From positions 89,137 through 153,136 of the forward strand of contig CALIKL010000040.1 in NCBI GenBank assembly GCA_938018055.1: 64,000 nt of DNA. The letters are read 5' to 3'. Below the pieces are notes generated by a model, which saw only the letters and a list, made by a program, of their open reading frames with translations, was not told the origin of the DNA and made no database searches. Numbering within the stretch: the first letter of the stretch is position 1; the number at the start of each line of letters is the position of its first letter. This document shows positions 48,148 to 58,703 of this stretch, piece by piece. Both the position numbers and the translations under genes were made by a program. This stretch comes from an uncultured bacterium (GTDB lineage Bacteria > Bacteroidota > Rhodothermia > Rhodothermales > UBA10348).

Positions 48148-48417
48148 GGAGAAAAAAGTTTAGAAACGAAGAGGCGCTTTTCGAGCGCCAGGTGCGCTTC
48201 CCAAGATACGTGATTGAACTGGATAGGAGCTGGTTAACACTGTCAAATTTCGGCCCATAGAACACGTAGTGGCCGTTTTTTTGGTAGCGCTTCCAGATTC
48301 TTCACAGGTTTAAAGGTTGATTGGGAGAAGGAAGGCCCCCTACCATTATATTTAGAGCTCGGCTCCATTTCGGCTCGACTAATGTCTCAGCCAGAGCGGA
48401 GCCCCTAACCCATCAAC

Positions 48418-48600
48418 ATGCGTCGAACGATGTCCCGGCTTATCGCACTCCACCTTGCTCCTCTCTCTTCCCTTCGCAGGAAGCAGGGGGTTGAGGCTGT
48501 TGCAGACCTCCCGATCCGTTCGACCGAAGTGGTAGACCTACTAGTGGCGGGCCTCGTGATCCTGCTGTCCCTTCTCGTCAGCGTGCTAATTGTCACCTGA
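48418..48600 (+). CDS. Candidate branched-chain-amino-acid-rich leader peptide or small tail-anchored membrane ORF upstream of ilvD
   Basis: 60-codon ORF ending 80 nt before the ilvD ATG on the same strand. Its last 23 residues, VVDLLVAGLVILLSLLVSVLIVT, are 17/23 Ile/Leu/Val. A GTG at 48529 would give a 23-aa version. No clear U-tract terminator follows. Confidence 0.3.
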   Translation: MRRTMSRLIALHLAPLSSLRRKQGVEAVADLPIRSTEVVDLLVAGLVILLSLLVSVLIVT

Positions 48601-48680
48601 TTATCTGGTCAACCCTGCCGCATCGCGGAATCACTTGAATGCTAGGGGTTGGCTAACACCCCAAACAACGATTCCTTCCG

Positions 48681-50399
48681 ATGTCGCGACGCAGCCATAC
48701 GATTACCAAAGGGTACCAGCGAGCTCCCCACCGGAGCTTGCTGCGGGCAACGGGTGTGGTCCGCAGTGACGAGGATTTCGATCGCCCCTTCATCGGTATC
48801 TGCAATTCGTACATCGATCTGATTCCCGGCCACGTGCACCTTCAGGAATTCGGGGCGCTGGTCAAGGAGGCCGTGCGGGAGGCTGGGGGGCTACCGTTTG
48901 AATTCAATACCATCGGCGTAGACGATGGGATTGCCATGGGGCATCTGGGCATGCGCTATTCGCTGCCAAGCCGCGAGATCATTGCGGATGCCGTGGAGAC
49001 CGTCGTTCAGGCGCATTGTCTGGACGCCATCATCTGTCTGCCGAATTGCGACAAGATTGTACCGGGCATGCTCATGGGCGCCCTGCGATGCAATATCCCG
49101 GTCATATTCGTTTCCGGTGGCCCGATGAAGGCGGGACGGCTTCCGGACGGGCGCAAGGTGGATCTTGTTTCGGTTTTTGAAGGGGTAGGGCAGTACTCGA
49201 ACGGGGAAATCAATGATGTCGAGCTGGATGCCCTGGAGCATCTCGCATGTCCGACGTGCGGCTCCTGTGCCGGTATGTTCACGGCAAACTCTATGAATTG
49301 CATCATGGAAGTGCTGGGTCTGGCTCTGCCGGGCAATGGGACCATCCTGGCTATTGACCCAAAGCGGGGCGATCTGGCGCGATCCGCTGCACGTCGCATC
49401 GTGGAGATGGTCGACGAGGGGCTCAAACCGCGCGATATCGTGACGGAAGAGGCGTTTGACGATGCCTTCGCCCTGGATATGGCCATGGGAGGATCCACCA
49501 ATACGATCCTGCATCTTCTGGCCGCAGCGCATGAAGCGGGGGTGGATTATGATCTGGAGCGCATCAATGCCATGTCTGACCGCGTGCCTTATTTGTGCAA
49601 GGTCGCCCCTGCGACTCCCGACGTACATATGGAAGATGTAGACGCGGCGGGCGGCATCCAGGCCGTCCTCGCCGAGCTGCATCAGGCCGGTCTGTTGAAC
49701 AGCCATCGGCCAACGGTCACGGGTCATCCGTTGGGCCACGGCCTGGATGCCGCCCATACCAGTCACCCCGAGATCATTCGGCCTGCCTCGAATCCTTTCC
49801 GTGCCACGGGAGGACTCCGCGTGCTGTTCGGCAATCTGGCTCCGGAGGGCTGCGTCGTCAAGACTGGAGCTGTTGCTGAGGACATGCATCTTTTCGAAGG
49901 CACTGTCCGCATTTTTGAAAGTCAGGATGAGGCGGTCGAGGGCATTCTCAGCGGTAGTATCGAGCCCGGTACCGTGGTCATCATTCGCTACGAGGGGCCC
50001 AAAGGCGGACCCGGCATGCCCGAGATGCTGCAGCCCACGTCGGCGCTGGCCGGCATGCGACTGGACCGCAGCGTAGCCATGATAACCGATGGCCGTTTTT
50101 CCGGTGGTACCCGTGGATTGAGCATTGGTCACTGTTCTCCCGAGGCGGCCGCAGGCGGCGCGATCGCGCTGGTTGAGGAGGGAGATCGCATCACCATCGA
50201 TTTGCATGAGGCTTCCGTGCATTGGCACGTTGACGAGGTGGAAGAAGCGTCACGTCGCTCGGCCCTGCCGCCATTCCAGGCTCGCATTCAGAGCGGGTAT
50301 CTGGCCCGGTACAGCCACCTGGTGACCAGTGCCTCTACAGGCGCCATTCTACGGGTACCCGATTGGGAGCCTGCACTTCATCCCTCACATTCCGCCTGA
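48681..50399 (+). CDS. ilvD: Dihydroxy-acid dehydratase
   Basis: 572 aa. The [26 protein letters not shown]-terminus, the CDKIVPGM block and the Fe-S cysteines match the IlvD/Edd family. Confidence 0.95.
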   Translation: MSRRSHTITKGYQRAPHRSLLRATGVVRSDEDFDRPFIGICNSYIDLIPGHVHLQEFGALVKEAVREAGGLPFEFNTIGVDDGIAMGHLGMRYSLPSREIIADAVETVVQAHCLDAIICLPNCDKIVPGMLMGALRCNIPVIFVSGGPMKAGRLPDGRKVDLVSVFEGVGQYSNGEINDVELDALEHLACPTCGSCAGMFTANSMNCIMEVLGLALPGNGTILAIDPKRGDLARSAARRIVEMVDEGLKPRDIVTEEAFDDAFALDMAMGGSTNTILHLLAAAHEAGVDYDLERINAMSDRVPYLCKVAPATPDVHMEDVDAAGGIQAVLAELHQAGLLNSHRPTVTGHPLGHGLDAAHTSHPEIIRPASNPFRATGGLRVLFGNLAPEGCVVKTGAVAEDMHLFEGTVRIFESQDEAVEGILSGSIEPGTVVIIRYEGPKGGPGMPEMLQPTSALAGMRLDRSVAMITDGRFSGGTRGLSIGHCSPEAAAGGAIALVEEGDRITIDLHEASVHWHVDEVEEASRRSALPPFQARIQSGYLARYSHLVTSASTGAILRVPDWEPALHPSHSA

Positions 50400-50471
50400 A
50401 TCATCCTCCGCTCTGAATGTTATCCCGCGCGGCTCAATCCGCGCACACTCAACACACAACGTACATCCCAG

Positions 50472-52247
50472 ATGTCACATCCAGCAAACACCTCACCAAC
50501 GGCAACGGCTCCATCAGCAGCACCGACCGCAACCGATCGTCCGCTCGCGACAGGCGCGGAGATCCTCATCCGCTCGTTGGAAGCTGAAGGCGTGGAATAC
50601 GTTTTCGGTCATCCAGGTGGGGCGGTGATTGCCATTTACGATGAGATGCACCGCATCCAGCCATCTTTCCAGCACATTCTGGTGCGTCACGAGCAAGGGG
50701 GGACGCATGCCGCAGAAGGCTATGCGAAGGCGACGGGCAAGGTGGGCACGGTCCTGGTTACATCCGGTCCCGGTGCTACAAACTGCGTCACTGGAATTGC
50801 CGACGCCTACATGGACTCCATTCCCTTGGTCGTCTTCACCGGACAGGTCCCAACGCACCTGATTGGCAACGATGCCTTCCAGGAGTGCGATACGATTGGC
50901 GTGACGCGCAGTATCACGAAGCACAGTTTCCTGGTCCGCGATGTGAAGGACCTGGCAGCGACGGTCAAGAAAGCCTATCACCTTGCCCGGAGCGGTCGGC
51001 CTGGGCCGGTGGTGGTCGACCTGCCCAAGGATGTGATCGCTGCCCGAGCACCCTTCCATTATCCCGACCATGTACAGATCCGTGGCTATTCCGTTGTAGG
51101 TCGCGGCAATGCGGATCAGGTTCGAAAAGCGGCTGACATGATAGCCGCCTCAAAGAGACCTCTCTTTTACGTGGGTGGTGGGACGATCATTTCCGGTGGC
51201 GCCGAAAAACTCACATCATTGGCCCGCAAGACGTCCATCCCGGTAACGACCACGTTGCATGGATTGGGCTCTTTTCCGGAAAACGATGCCCTGTCGGTAG
51301 GTATGCTCGGTATGCATGGCACCTGGTACGCCAACATGGCCGTGCAGAACACGGATCTATTGATTGCCGTGGGTGCCCGATTTGATGACCGTGTGACGGG
51401 TAAAATCGAAGCATGGGCTCCACACGCCCGCATCATACATATCGATATCGATCCGGCGTGCATCTCCAAGAACGTGCCGGTGGATTGCCCCATTCTGGGG
51501 GATGTTTCCTTGGTATTGGATCAGCTGGATGACCTGGTACATCCGGCCGATAGGCAAGAATGGCTGGCACAGATTGCCGCGTGGAAAGAGGAGTGCCCAC
51601 TCGACTTCCAGAAGGACGATGCGCTGCGTCCCCAGCAGGTTGTGCGGGCACTGCGTGACAAAACGGATGGCGAGGCCGTCGTCGTAACCGACGTCGGTCA
51701 GAATCAGATGTGGGGGGCTCAATTCTTCTCCTACGTTCATCCCCGCAGTCATATCACATCGGGGGGCCTCGGAACAATGGGGTTCAGTTTGCCTGCTGCG
51801 ATGGGCGCTGCGTTCGGAATGCGCTCCATTGGTCGCGATGTCATTTCCATCAACGGGGATGGAGGCGTCCTGATGAATATCCAGGAGTTGGGCGTTGCTG
51901 CGGCGCACAAACTACCCATCAAGGTGGTCATCCTGAATAACAATTATCTGGGCATGGTCCGGCAGTGGCAGGAGCTCTTCCATGAAGAACGCTACAGTCA
52001 CACGAATCTAGAACCAACCAATCCCGACTTCGTGCAGCTTGCCGAAGCCTTCGGGTGCGTCGGCTTGCAGTGTACCGATCCAGCCGATATCGAAGCCACG
52101 TTGGACGCTGCCTGGAAGGTCACCGATCGACCGGTAGTGATGGATTTCCGGGTCATCACCGAGGAAAAAGTGTTTCCGATGGTGCCGGCAGGCGCTGCCA
52201 CGGATAACATGATCACGGCCCAGTTCAGTCCGGAAGACTGCGCTTGA
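50472..52247 (+). CDS. ilvB: Acetolactate synthase large subunit
   Basis: 591 aa with the ThDP-enzyme blocks GAEILIRSLEAEGVEYVFGHPGG, FQECDTIGVTRSITKH and the ThDP-binding GDGGVLMNIQELGV...NN. Confidence 0.9.
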   Translation: MSHPANTSPTATAPSAAPTATDRPLATGAEILIRSLEAEGVEYVFGHPGGAVIAIYDEMHRIQPSFQHILVRHEQGGTHAAEGYAKATGKVGTVLVTSGPGATNCVTGIADAYMDSIPLVVFTGQVPTHLIGNDAFQECDTIGVTRSITKHSFLVRDVKDLAATVKKAYHLARSGRPGPVVVDLPKDVIAARAPFHYPDHVQIRGYSVVGRGNADQVRKAADMIAASKRPLFYVGGGTIISGGAEKLTSLARKTSIPVTTTLHGLGSFPENDALSVGMLGMHGTWYANMAVQNTDLLIAVGARFDDRVTGKIEAWAPHARIIHIDIDPACISKNVPVDCPILGDVSLVLDQLDDLVHPADRQEWLAQIAAWKEECPLDFQKDDALRPQQVVRALRDKTDGEAVVVTDVGQNQMWGAQFFSYVHPRSHITSGGLGTMGFSLPAAMGAAFGMRSIGRDVISINGDGGVLMNIQELGVAAAHKLPIKVVILNNNYLGMVRQWQELFHEERYSHTNLEPTNPDFVQLAEAFGCVGLQCTDPADIEATLDAAWKVTDRPVVMDFRVITEEKVFPMVPAGAATDNMITAQFSPEDCA

Positions 52248-52308
52248 ACCTGGACCCACACCCCTACTTCTTCTTCAACGACGGCTCTTGCCGTCCCGAG
52301 TGCAACCC

Positions 52309-52902
52309 ATGACAACCGACACCGCACAGCAAACCGTCGAGCTGACGCCGCAGCAGCTATTCCGCAAGCAAGCGGCCGGCGAGGCCATTCTTCCGAACGA
52401 GGAGGATTCGGTCCATCGCCACGTGATCACCGTTCTGATTGACGATACGATTGGGGCGCTCAACCGGGTGACCAATCTGTTTTCCCAGCGTGGATTCAAT
52501 CTCGAAAGCGTGACGGTAGGCGAGTCGAAAGATCCGACTCAGCGCCGTCTGACCCTTGTGACGACGGGTAATGATCGCATCATAGCCCAGGTCCTTCGTC
52601 AATTGAATGCCCTGATTGATTCGATCGAGGTCGAAGATCTGACGCGCGAGGATCACGTGGAGCGAGAGCTGTGCCTTGTCAAAGTCCGAAGTACGGCGAC
52701 GGAGCGCGCCGCCCTGCTCTCTGTCGTGGAAGTGTTTCGAGCCAATGTGGTCAACATTACTCCCGACAGTCTCACCTTCGAGGTGACTGGCCCTACTGCA
52801 AAAATAAACGCTTTCATCGGCGTGATGAAGGATTACGATGTGCGGGAAGTTGCCCGCAGCGGGCGGGTCGCGATGCGACGCCGCCTTGCTTTCGAACACT
52901 GA
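52309..52902 (+). CDS. ilvN: Acetolactate synthase small (regulatory) subunit
   Basis: ORF 52288-52902. The track start is TTG, and the first ATG is at 52309. The ACT domain reads [34 protein letters not shown], and a C-terminal AHAS small-subunit domain follows. Confidence 0.85.
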   Translation: MTTDTAQQTVELTPQQLFRKQAAGEAILPNEEDSVHRHVITVLIDDTIGALNRVTNLFSQRGFNLESVTVGESKDPTQRRLTLVTTGNDRIIAQVLRQLNALIDSIEVEDLTREDHVERELCLVKVRSTATERAALLSVVEVFRANVVNITPDSLTFEVTGPTAKINAFIGVMKDYDVREVARSGRVAMRRRLAFEH

Positions 52903-52943
52903 AATCCCTCTTAAAACTTTTCATAACCGACTTTTTGAGCACC

Positions 52944-53948
52944 ATGAACATGCATTACGACGCCGATCTCGGCATTATCCAGAACCGCCGCGTGGCCGTG
53001 ATCGGATTCGGTAGCCAGGGCCACGCCCACGCATTGAACCTTCATGAGAGCGGGGTGGACGTGGTAGTCGGCCTTCGTGACGGCTCGTCTTCGCGCACTG
53101 AAGTTGAAGCGCACGGCGTTGCCGTAAAATCGATTTCAGAAGCAGCGGCTTGGGCCGACGTCGTCATGATTCTGATTCCGGATCAGCACCAGAAGCGTGT
53201 CTACGAGGCCGATATCAAAGAACACATGACGCCTGGGAAGGCATTGGGCTTTGGTCATGGATTCAATGTGCACTACGATCAGATCGCACCTCCAGAGGGT
53301 GTGGATGTGTTCATGGTTGCCCCCAAATCTCCGGGTCACCTGGTCCGTCGAACCTATACGGAAGGCCGCGGCGTGCCGTGCCTCGTAGCCGTTGCACAGG
53401 ATGCTTCGGGCTCGACCATGGATCTGGCGTTGAGCTGGGCCAAAGGTATCGGGGGGACGCGCGCCGGCGTTATCGAGACCAACTTCAAGGATGAAACCGA
53501 GACCGACCTGTTCGGAGAGCAGGCTGTACTGTGCGGGGGAAGTGAGGCCTTGATCAAGGCCGGCTTCGAAACGCTGGTGGAAGCGGGGTACTCCCCAGAA
53601 CTGGCCTATTTCGAGTGCCTGCATGAGTTGAAACTCATTGTCGACCTCTATTACGAGGGTGGACTCGAGGCTATGAACCGCTCCGTCTCTGATACGGCCG
53701 AGTATGGTGGGTACTCTCGTGGGTCCCGGGTCGTGACAGATACGGTAAAGCAGGAAATGAAAAAGATCCTCTCCGAAGTTCAGAGCGGAGAGTTTGCGCG
53801 AGAGTGGATTGAAGAGTGTAACGCAGGATGGCCAAACATGTCCAAACTGCGGGAGGCGTCGGTCACTCACCCCATGGAGACGGTGGGTAAGAAGCTGCGC
53901 AGCATGATGTCCTGGCTCCGCCGCGAAGAGCCGGTATCCAGTTCCTGA
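52944..53948 (+). CDS. ilvC: Ketol-acid reductoisomerase (class I)
   Basis: Track ORF 52671-53948 has a spurious 5' extension. The start is at 52944: [37 protein letters not shown]. It has the typical KARI blocks. Confidence 0.95.
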   Translation: MNMHYDADLGIIQNRRVAVIGFGSQGHAHALNLHESGVDVVVGLRDGSSSRTEVEAHGVAVKSISEAAAWADVVMILIPDQHQKRVYEADIKEHMTPGKALGFGHGFNVHYDQIAPPEGVDVFMVAPKSPGHLVRRTYTEGRGVPCLVAVAQDASGSTMDLALSWAKGIGGTRAGVIETNFKDETETDLFGEQAVLCGGSEALIKAGFETLVEAGYSPELAYFECLHELKLIVDLYYEGGLEAMNRSVSDTAEYGGYSRGSRVVTDTVKQEMKKILSEVQSGEFAREWIEECNAGWPNMSKLREASVTHPMETVGKKLRSMMSWLRREEPVSSS

Positions 53949-53985
53949 TCATCGCTGGACTTGGAAGTCCGGACTACCTTTCACC

Positions 53986-55068
53986 ATGTCAGATCCGATC
54001 CATATTGTTGTATTGCCCGGGGACGGAATCGGCCCCGAAGTGACAGCATCTGCCCTGCAGGCGATGGAGGCTGCCAGTCGGCGATTCAACGTGAATCTTG
54101 CGTGGGAAGAGCATGCTTTCGGAGGGGCAGCCTTGGACGAAGCGGGAGTCGCGTTTCCAGAAGAAACGCGCGCTGCCTGCCTCTCGGCAGATGCCATTTT
54201 GCTGGGAGCCATAGGAGGACCTGCTTGGGACAGTACCACGCCATCGAAGCGTCCGGAAGCCGGTTTGTTGGCGCTTCGACAGGCACTGGATGCGTATGCA
54301 AATCTGCGCCCTGTGCGCGTCCCGGACGTCTTGGCCCACCTGTCTGTACTGCCTCCGGACCGGGTCGGGGGGACCGACATGTTGGTCGTTCGTGAGCTGA
54401 CAGGGGGGATCTACTTTGGAGAGCCGCGTCAGTATTCAGAGGAAGAAGCTTTTGATACCATGCGGTATTCAGCAAGCGAAGTCGACCGCATTGCACGGAT
54501 CGCGTTCGAGCAGGCCCGGTCCAGATCCGGACGCGTTACGTCGGTTGACAAGGCGAACGTTCTGGCATCATCTCGCCTTTGGAGAGAACGGGTGAGTCGT
54601 CTGCATGCCGAAGCATACCCGGACGTCAGTCTGGACCACATGTATGTCGACAACGCCGCCATGCAGATTGTTCGTGAACCGCGAGCCTTCGATGTTGTAC
54701 TGACCGCCAATCTGTTTGGAGATATCCTTTCTGACCTCGCATCGACTCTTGCAGGATCCCTGGGTGTTCTGCCTTCGGCATCGCTTGGCGGATTTTCACC
54801 GCTGTTCGAGCCCGTTCACGGAAGCGCTCCCGACATCGCCGGTCGCGGAGAAGCGAATCCGGTTGCCGCCATTCTGAGTGGCGCCATGCTTCTCGAGAGC
54901 GTCGACCAACATGGCGCTGCGAATCTCATTCGCCAAGCCGTTGATAACATATTGACCCGGGGGATTATGACCCTGGATCTGTCATCGAATGGCGTTTCCA
55001 CTTCCGAATTCACCACCCGTGTGTGCGAAGCCATAGCACAGGCGGACGTTGTGCCATCCACCACCTGA
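53986..55068 (+). CDS. leuB: 3-isopropylmalate dehydrogenase
   Basis: 360 aa: IVVLPGDGIGPEV, VRELTGGIYFGEP, NLFGDILSD. Confidence 0.95.
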   Translation: MSDPIHIVVLPGDGIGPEVTASALQAMEAASRRFNVNLAWEEHAFGGAALDEAGVAFPEETRAACLSADAILLGAIGGPAWDSTTPSKRPEAGLLALRQALDAYANLRPVRVPDVLAHLSVLPPDRVGGTDMLVVRELTGGIYFGEPRQYSEEEAFDTMRYSASEVDRIARIAFEQARSRSGRVTSVDKANVLASSRLWRERVSRLHAEAYPDVSLDHMYVDNAAMQIVREPRAFDVVLTANLFGDILSDLASTLAGSLGVLPSASLGGFSPLFEPVHGSAPDIAGRGEANPVAAILSGAMLLESVDQHGAANLIRQAVDNILTRGIMTLDLSSNGVSTSEFTTRVCEAIAQADVVPSTT

Positions 55069-55075
55069 CATCGTC

Positions 55076-56689
55076 ATGTCTTCAGATCGCGTCATCATTT
55101 TCGATACTTCACTCCGTGATGGAGAGCAGGCCCCCGGAGCGGCCATGACGGTACCGGAAAAGCTACAGCTAGCGGGTCAGTTGGCGCGTTTGGGCGTGGA
55201 TGTGATCGAAGCCGGTTTCCCGATCTCTTCTCCGGGCCAATTCGAGGCAGTACGTCGCATTGTCGCCGAGGTGCAAGGTCCGACCATTTGCGCATTGGCC
55301 CGATCGAAAAAAGCAGATATCGATGCTGCGGGCTCTGCGCTTAAGGGAGGCAGCAACACCCGTATCCACACGTTCATTGCCACCAGCGACATCCACCTGG
55401 AGAGCAAGTTTGCTGACGCGCGTTATGGTGCTTCCCTCGAGGAAAAGCGCGAAACGGTGCTGAAAATGGCCGTAGAGGCTGTTGAGCATGCGCTGACCTA
55501 CACCAACGATGTCGAGTTCAGCGCCGAAGATGCGGGACGGACGGATGCCGACTATCTGTGCCGCATCGTACAGGCCGTGATTGATGCAGGTGCTACGACC
55601 ATCAACATTCCGGATACAACCGGCTATTGTATATCAGACGAATATGCAGAGCTGATTCGCACCGTCATCAATGGCGTCCATGCACCAGAGACAGTCGTTT
55701 TCTCTACCCACTGTCACGATGATTTGGGTCTGGCAGTCGCCAATTCGTTGTCCGGTCTTCAGGCGGGAGCCCGTCAGGTCGAATGCACCATCAATGGGAT
55801 AGGGGAGCGCGCAGGAAATGCAGCCCTTGAGGAAGTCGTCATGGCGTTGCGAGTGCGAGCACCCCATTTTGGATTGCACACAGGCATAAATCCCAGCCTG
55901 CTCTTTGCGACCTCCAAAATGGTCTCTACGTTCACTGGCTTCCAGGTTCAGCCCAACAAGGCCATCATCGGGAAAAATGCATTTGCCCACGAAGCCGGAA
56001 TTCATCAGGATGGCGTACTGAAGAATCGGGAGACGTATGAAATCATGCGTGCAGAAGACGTCGGGCAGGATTCGGAATCCATTCGACTGGGAAGGCATTC
56101 GGGCCGCCATGGCCTATTTTCCCGGTTGGAACGGTTGGGGGTCCGGGTCGATGAAAAGAATCGAGCGGACGTTTATGCCACATTTGTGGAACTTGCCGAC
56201 CGGAAGAAAGAAATCAATGACGCTGACCTCATTAATCTTTTCCACCACGAAGAGCACACGATGGATACCCCTCACTACTCGCTTGAGAAGTTTCATGTCA
56301 CGGTAGGATCCGGCCAAGAACCGGAAGCAACGGTTGTGGTCCGCGACCTGCAGTCGGATGCCGTCAACGAGCAGAAAGCAACGGGTGATGGACCCATAGA
56401 CGCATTGTATCGCGCTATTGACCACGCCGTGGATGAAGGCCATGATCTGGTGAACTATTCCATCAGATCGGTATCGGAAGGATCCGATTCGTTCGGTGAA
56501 GTAAGTGTCCTGATCGGTATTGGTGGTCCCCTGTTTGCTGGTAAAGCCAGTAGCACCGATGTGATTGAAGCCTCGGCCCAGGCTTACATGAATGCCCTCA
56601 ACTCCCTTGCAGCGTTTCGCCTTGACAAGGAGTCCATCGAATTTGTGGGCTCGGGCATCATGCAGGCATTCGGCAATCCCAAAGAGTAG
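55076..56689 (+). CDS. leuA: 2-isopropylmalate synthase
   Basis: ORF 55049-56689. I moved the start to M10 (55076): MSSDRVIIFDTSLRDGEQAPG. It has HCHDDLGLAVANS and a C-terminal LeuA allosteric domain. Confidence 0.9.
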   Translation: MSSDRVIIFDTSLRDGEQAPGAAMTVPEKLQLAGQLARLGVDVIEAGFPISSPGQFEAVRRIVAEVQGPTICALARSKKADIDAAGSALKGGSNTRIHTFIATSDIHLESKFADARYGASLEEKRETVLKMAVEAVEHALTYTNDVEFSAEDAGRTDADYLCRIVQAVIDAGATTINIPDTTGYCISDEYAELIRTVINGVHAPETVVFSTHCHDDLGLAVANSLSGLQAGARQVECTINGIGERAGNAALEEVVMALRVRAPHFGLHTGINPSLLFATSKMVSTFTGFQVQPNKAIIGKNAFAHEAGIHQDGVLKNRETYEIMRAEDVGQDSESIRLGRHSGRHGLFSRLERLGVRVDEKNRADVYATFVELADRKKEINDADLINLFHHEEHTMDTPHYSLEKFHVTVGSGQEPEATVVVRDLQSDAVNEQKATGDGPIDALYRAIDHAVDEGHDLVNYSIRSVSEGSDSFGEVSVLIGIGGPLFAGKASSTDVIEASAQAYMNALNSLAAFRLDKESIEFVGSGIMQAFGNPKE

Positions 56690-56760
56690 CACCTCGAACC
56701 TTTATTTCGACGAACCTGACCGCTGGCCCGAGCAACGCGCGTTCGGTGGGTCGTACCGTT

Positions 56761-58059
56761 ATGGGACAGACCATTACCCAGAAGATTCTTGCTCAGCATG
56801 CCGGGCGCGACCGAGTCGCGCCCGGGGACAACATCTGGGTAGACGTGGACACCTTGATGACACACGATGTCTGTGGTCCACCAACGATCGGCATCTTCCA
56901 GCGTGAGTTCGGGGAAGACGCCAATGTGTGGGATCCCGACAAACTGGTCATTCTGCCGGACCATTACATTTTTACCGAGGATCCGCACGCGCGGCGCAAC
57001 ATCGACATACTGCGGGATTTCGCGGCCAAGCACCAACTGAAGCATTACTTCGATGTCGGGACGGCTCGATATAAAGGGGTTTGTCACGTGGCGCTGGCAG
57101 AGGAAGGGTTCAATCGCCCAGGCACCGTGCTCTTCGGGACGGACAGTCACTCGTGCACCTCAGGTGCATTCGGCATGTTTTCCACGGGGGTGGGTAACAC
57201 GGATGCCGCATTGATCATGGGAACCGGGAAGATCTGGGTGAAGGTACCGGAGACGATGCGTTTTGTGTTTGAAGGCACGCTACCCCCCTGGTTGATGGCC
57301 AAAGATTTGATTCTCAGCGTCATTGGTGACATCGGGTTCGAAGGCGGAACGTACCGTGCGCTGGAGTTCGATGGCGAGGCGGTATTCGATCTGTCGATGG
57401 AGGAGCGGATGACGCTCACGAACATGGCCATCGAGGCCGGCGGGAAAAATGGCATCATAGCGGCAGATCAGAAGACGGTGGATTATGTAGAGGCGCGGAC
57501 CGATATGCCGTACGAGCTGGTTACTTCGGATGCGGATGCCCGCTACATCTTCGAGAAGGTGTACGATGTCTCCACCATGGAACCAGTTGTCGCCAAACCG
57601 CATCGCCCCGATAACAAAGCATCGGTCTCGGAAGTCGCTGGAATCAAGCTGGATCGCGCTTACATAGGCAGCTGTACGGGGGGTAAGTTTGAGGATTTCC
57701 TGGCAGCGGCTCGCATTCTGGAAGGTAACCGGGTACAAGTGGATACATTTGTTGTGCCAGCAAGCACCGAGGTCTCCAAGCAACTGCGTGAGCAGACCCT
57801 GGGTGGTAAGACGCTCTGGCAAGTCTTTGTCGATGCCGGATGCAAGATGGGTCACGCATCATGCGGTGCCTGCTTGGGAGGGCCGGTCGATACCTTTGGT
57901 CGTACACACGGCACGGAAGTCGTCATCTCCACAACGAACCGGAATTTCCCAGGCAGGATGGGCTCGAAGCAATCTGCAGTGTATCTGGCATCACCCCTCA
58001 CGGTAGCCGCCTCGGCATTACACGGCGAAATCACGGATCCGCGCACCGTTCTGGTATAG
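56761..58059 (+). CDS. leuC: 3-isopropylmalate dehydratase large subunit (short, archaeal/type-2 form)
   Basis: ORF 56746-58059, start at 56761 (MGQTITQKILAQHAG). It has the aconitase-family blocks, including the Fe-S cysteines IGSCTGG and ASCGACLGG. Confidence 0.9.
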   Translation: MGQTITQKILAQHAGRDRVAPGDNIWVDVDTLMTHDVCGPPTIGIFQREFGEDANVWDPDKLVILPDHYIFTEDPHARRNIDILRDFAAKHQLKHYFDVGTARYKGVCHVALAEEGFNRPGTVLFGTDSHSCTSGAFGMFSTGVGNTDAALIMGTGKIWVKVPETMRFVFEGTLPPWLMAKDLILSVIGDIGFEGGTYRALEFDGEAVFDLSMEERMTLTNMAIEAGGKNGIIAADQKTVDYVEARTDMPYELVTSDADARYIFEKVYDVSTMEPVVAKPHRPDNKASVSEVAGIKLDRAYIGSCTGGKFEDFLAAARILEGNRVQVDTFVVPASTEVSKQLREQTLGGKTLWQVFVDAGCKMGHASCGACLGGPVDTFGRTHGTEVVISTTNRNFPGRMGSKQSAVYLASPLTVAASALHGEITDPRTVLV

Positions 58060-58125
58060 AACCGGTTTCGCATGAGAAGGGCGCCAAGCCCGACATTCCA
58101 ACCCAATGAAGTCATATTCGACAGG

Positions 58126-58686
58126 ATGAAAGATCGCATTGAAGGAAAGGCCTACGTGCTCGGTGATTCGATTGACACCGATCAGATCATACCGGCTGCG
58201 CACCTCGTCTACAGTATGACGGAGCCGGAGGAACGGCGGATGTATGGTCGTTACGCCTGCAGTGGCGTGCCCAACGACCAAGCCGGCTTGCCTGAAGGCG
58301 GTATGCCACTTACGGATCCCGAAGCTTGGACCAGTGATTTCAGGATCGTGATTGCGGGCTCCAATTTCGGATGTGGCTCTTCGCGAGAGCATGCCCCGTT
58401 TGCCCTGCAAGAGGCTGGAATAGAGGCCGTGGTAGCTACATCGTATGCTCGCATTTTCTACCGCAACGCGGTGGACGGTGGCTTTTTGGTGCCTTTCGAG
58501 TCACGCGAACGACTTATCGATCAGATCCGGACGGGTGACGACGTGGTTATTGACGTTCCAGCTGGAACGTTGACTCATGTCTCCTCGGGCGAGGTTTTTC
58601 TGCTGAATCCACTGGGTGATGTAGCAGACATCCTGCGCGCAGGAAATGTCTTTGAGTATGCTCGCCAGGCAGGCTTCATCAGCTGA
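58126..58686 (+). CDS. leuD: 3-isopropylmalate dehydratase small subunit
   Basis: ORF 58072-58686, start at 58126 (MKDRIEGKAYVLGDSIDTDQIIPA). It has the GSNFGCGSSREHA swivel-domain motif. Confidence 0.85.
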   Translation: MKDRIEGKAYVLGDSIDTDQIIPAAHLVYSMTEPEERRMYGRYACSGVPNDQAGLPEGGMPLTDPEAWTSDFRIVIAGSNFGCGSSREHAPFALQEAGIEAVVATSYARIFYRNAVDGGFLVPFESRERLIDQIRTGDDVVIDVPAGTLTHVSSGEVFLLNPLGDVADILRAGNVFEYARQAGFIS

Positions 58687-58703
58687 TCACACTACTCTCT
58701 GTA

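Noticed and set aside
48148-48680. The kynU/ilvD divergent gap as the replication origin, because the gene-strand bias switches here
   Set aside because: I scanned both strands by eye for TTATCCACA-like 9-mers. The best site has at least 2 mismatches (TTCTTCACA near 48298), there is no cluster, and there is no pronounced AT-rich tract. Without a skew calculation I cannot support an origin here. The strand switch alone is weak evidence.
48891-50228. A 445-aa minus-strand ORF inside ilvD
   Set aside because: It is antisense to a clearly identified dihydroxy-acid dehydratase and has no motifs. It is a shadow ORF typical of this GC content. The same reasoning applies to 30549-31601(+), 12780-13649(+), 14932-15759(-), 16574-17428(-), 18056-18859(+), 27946-28650(+), 53136-53870(-) and the many shorter overlapping ORFs in the track.
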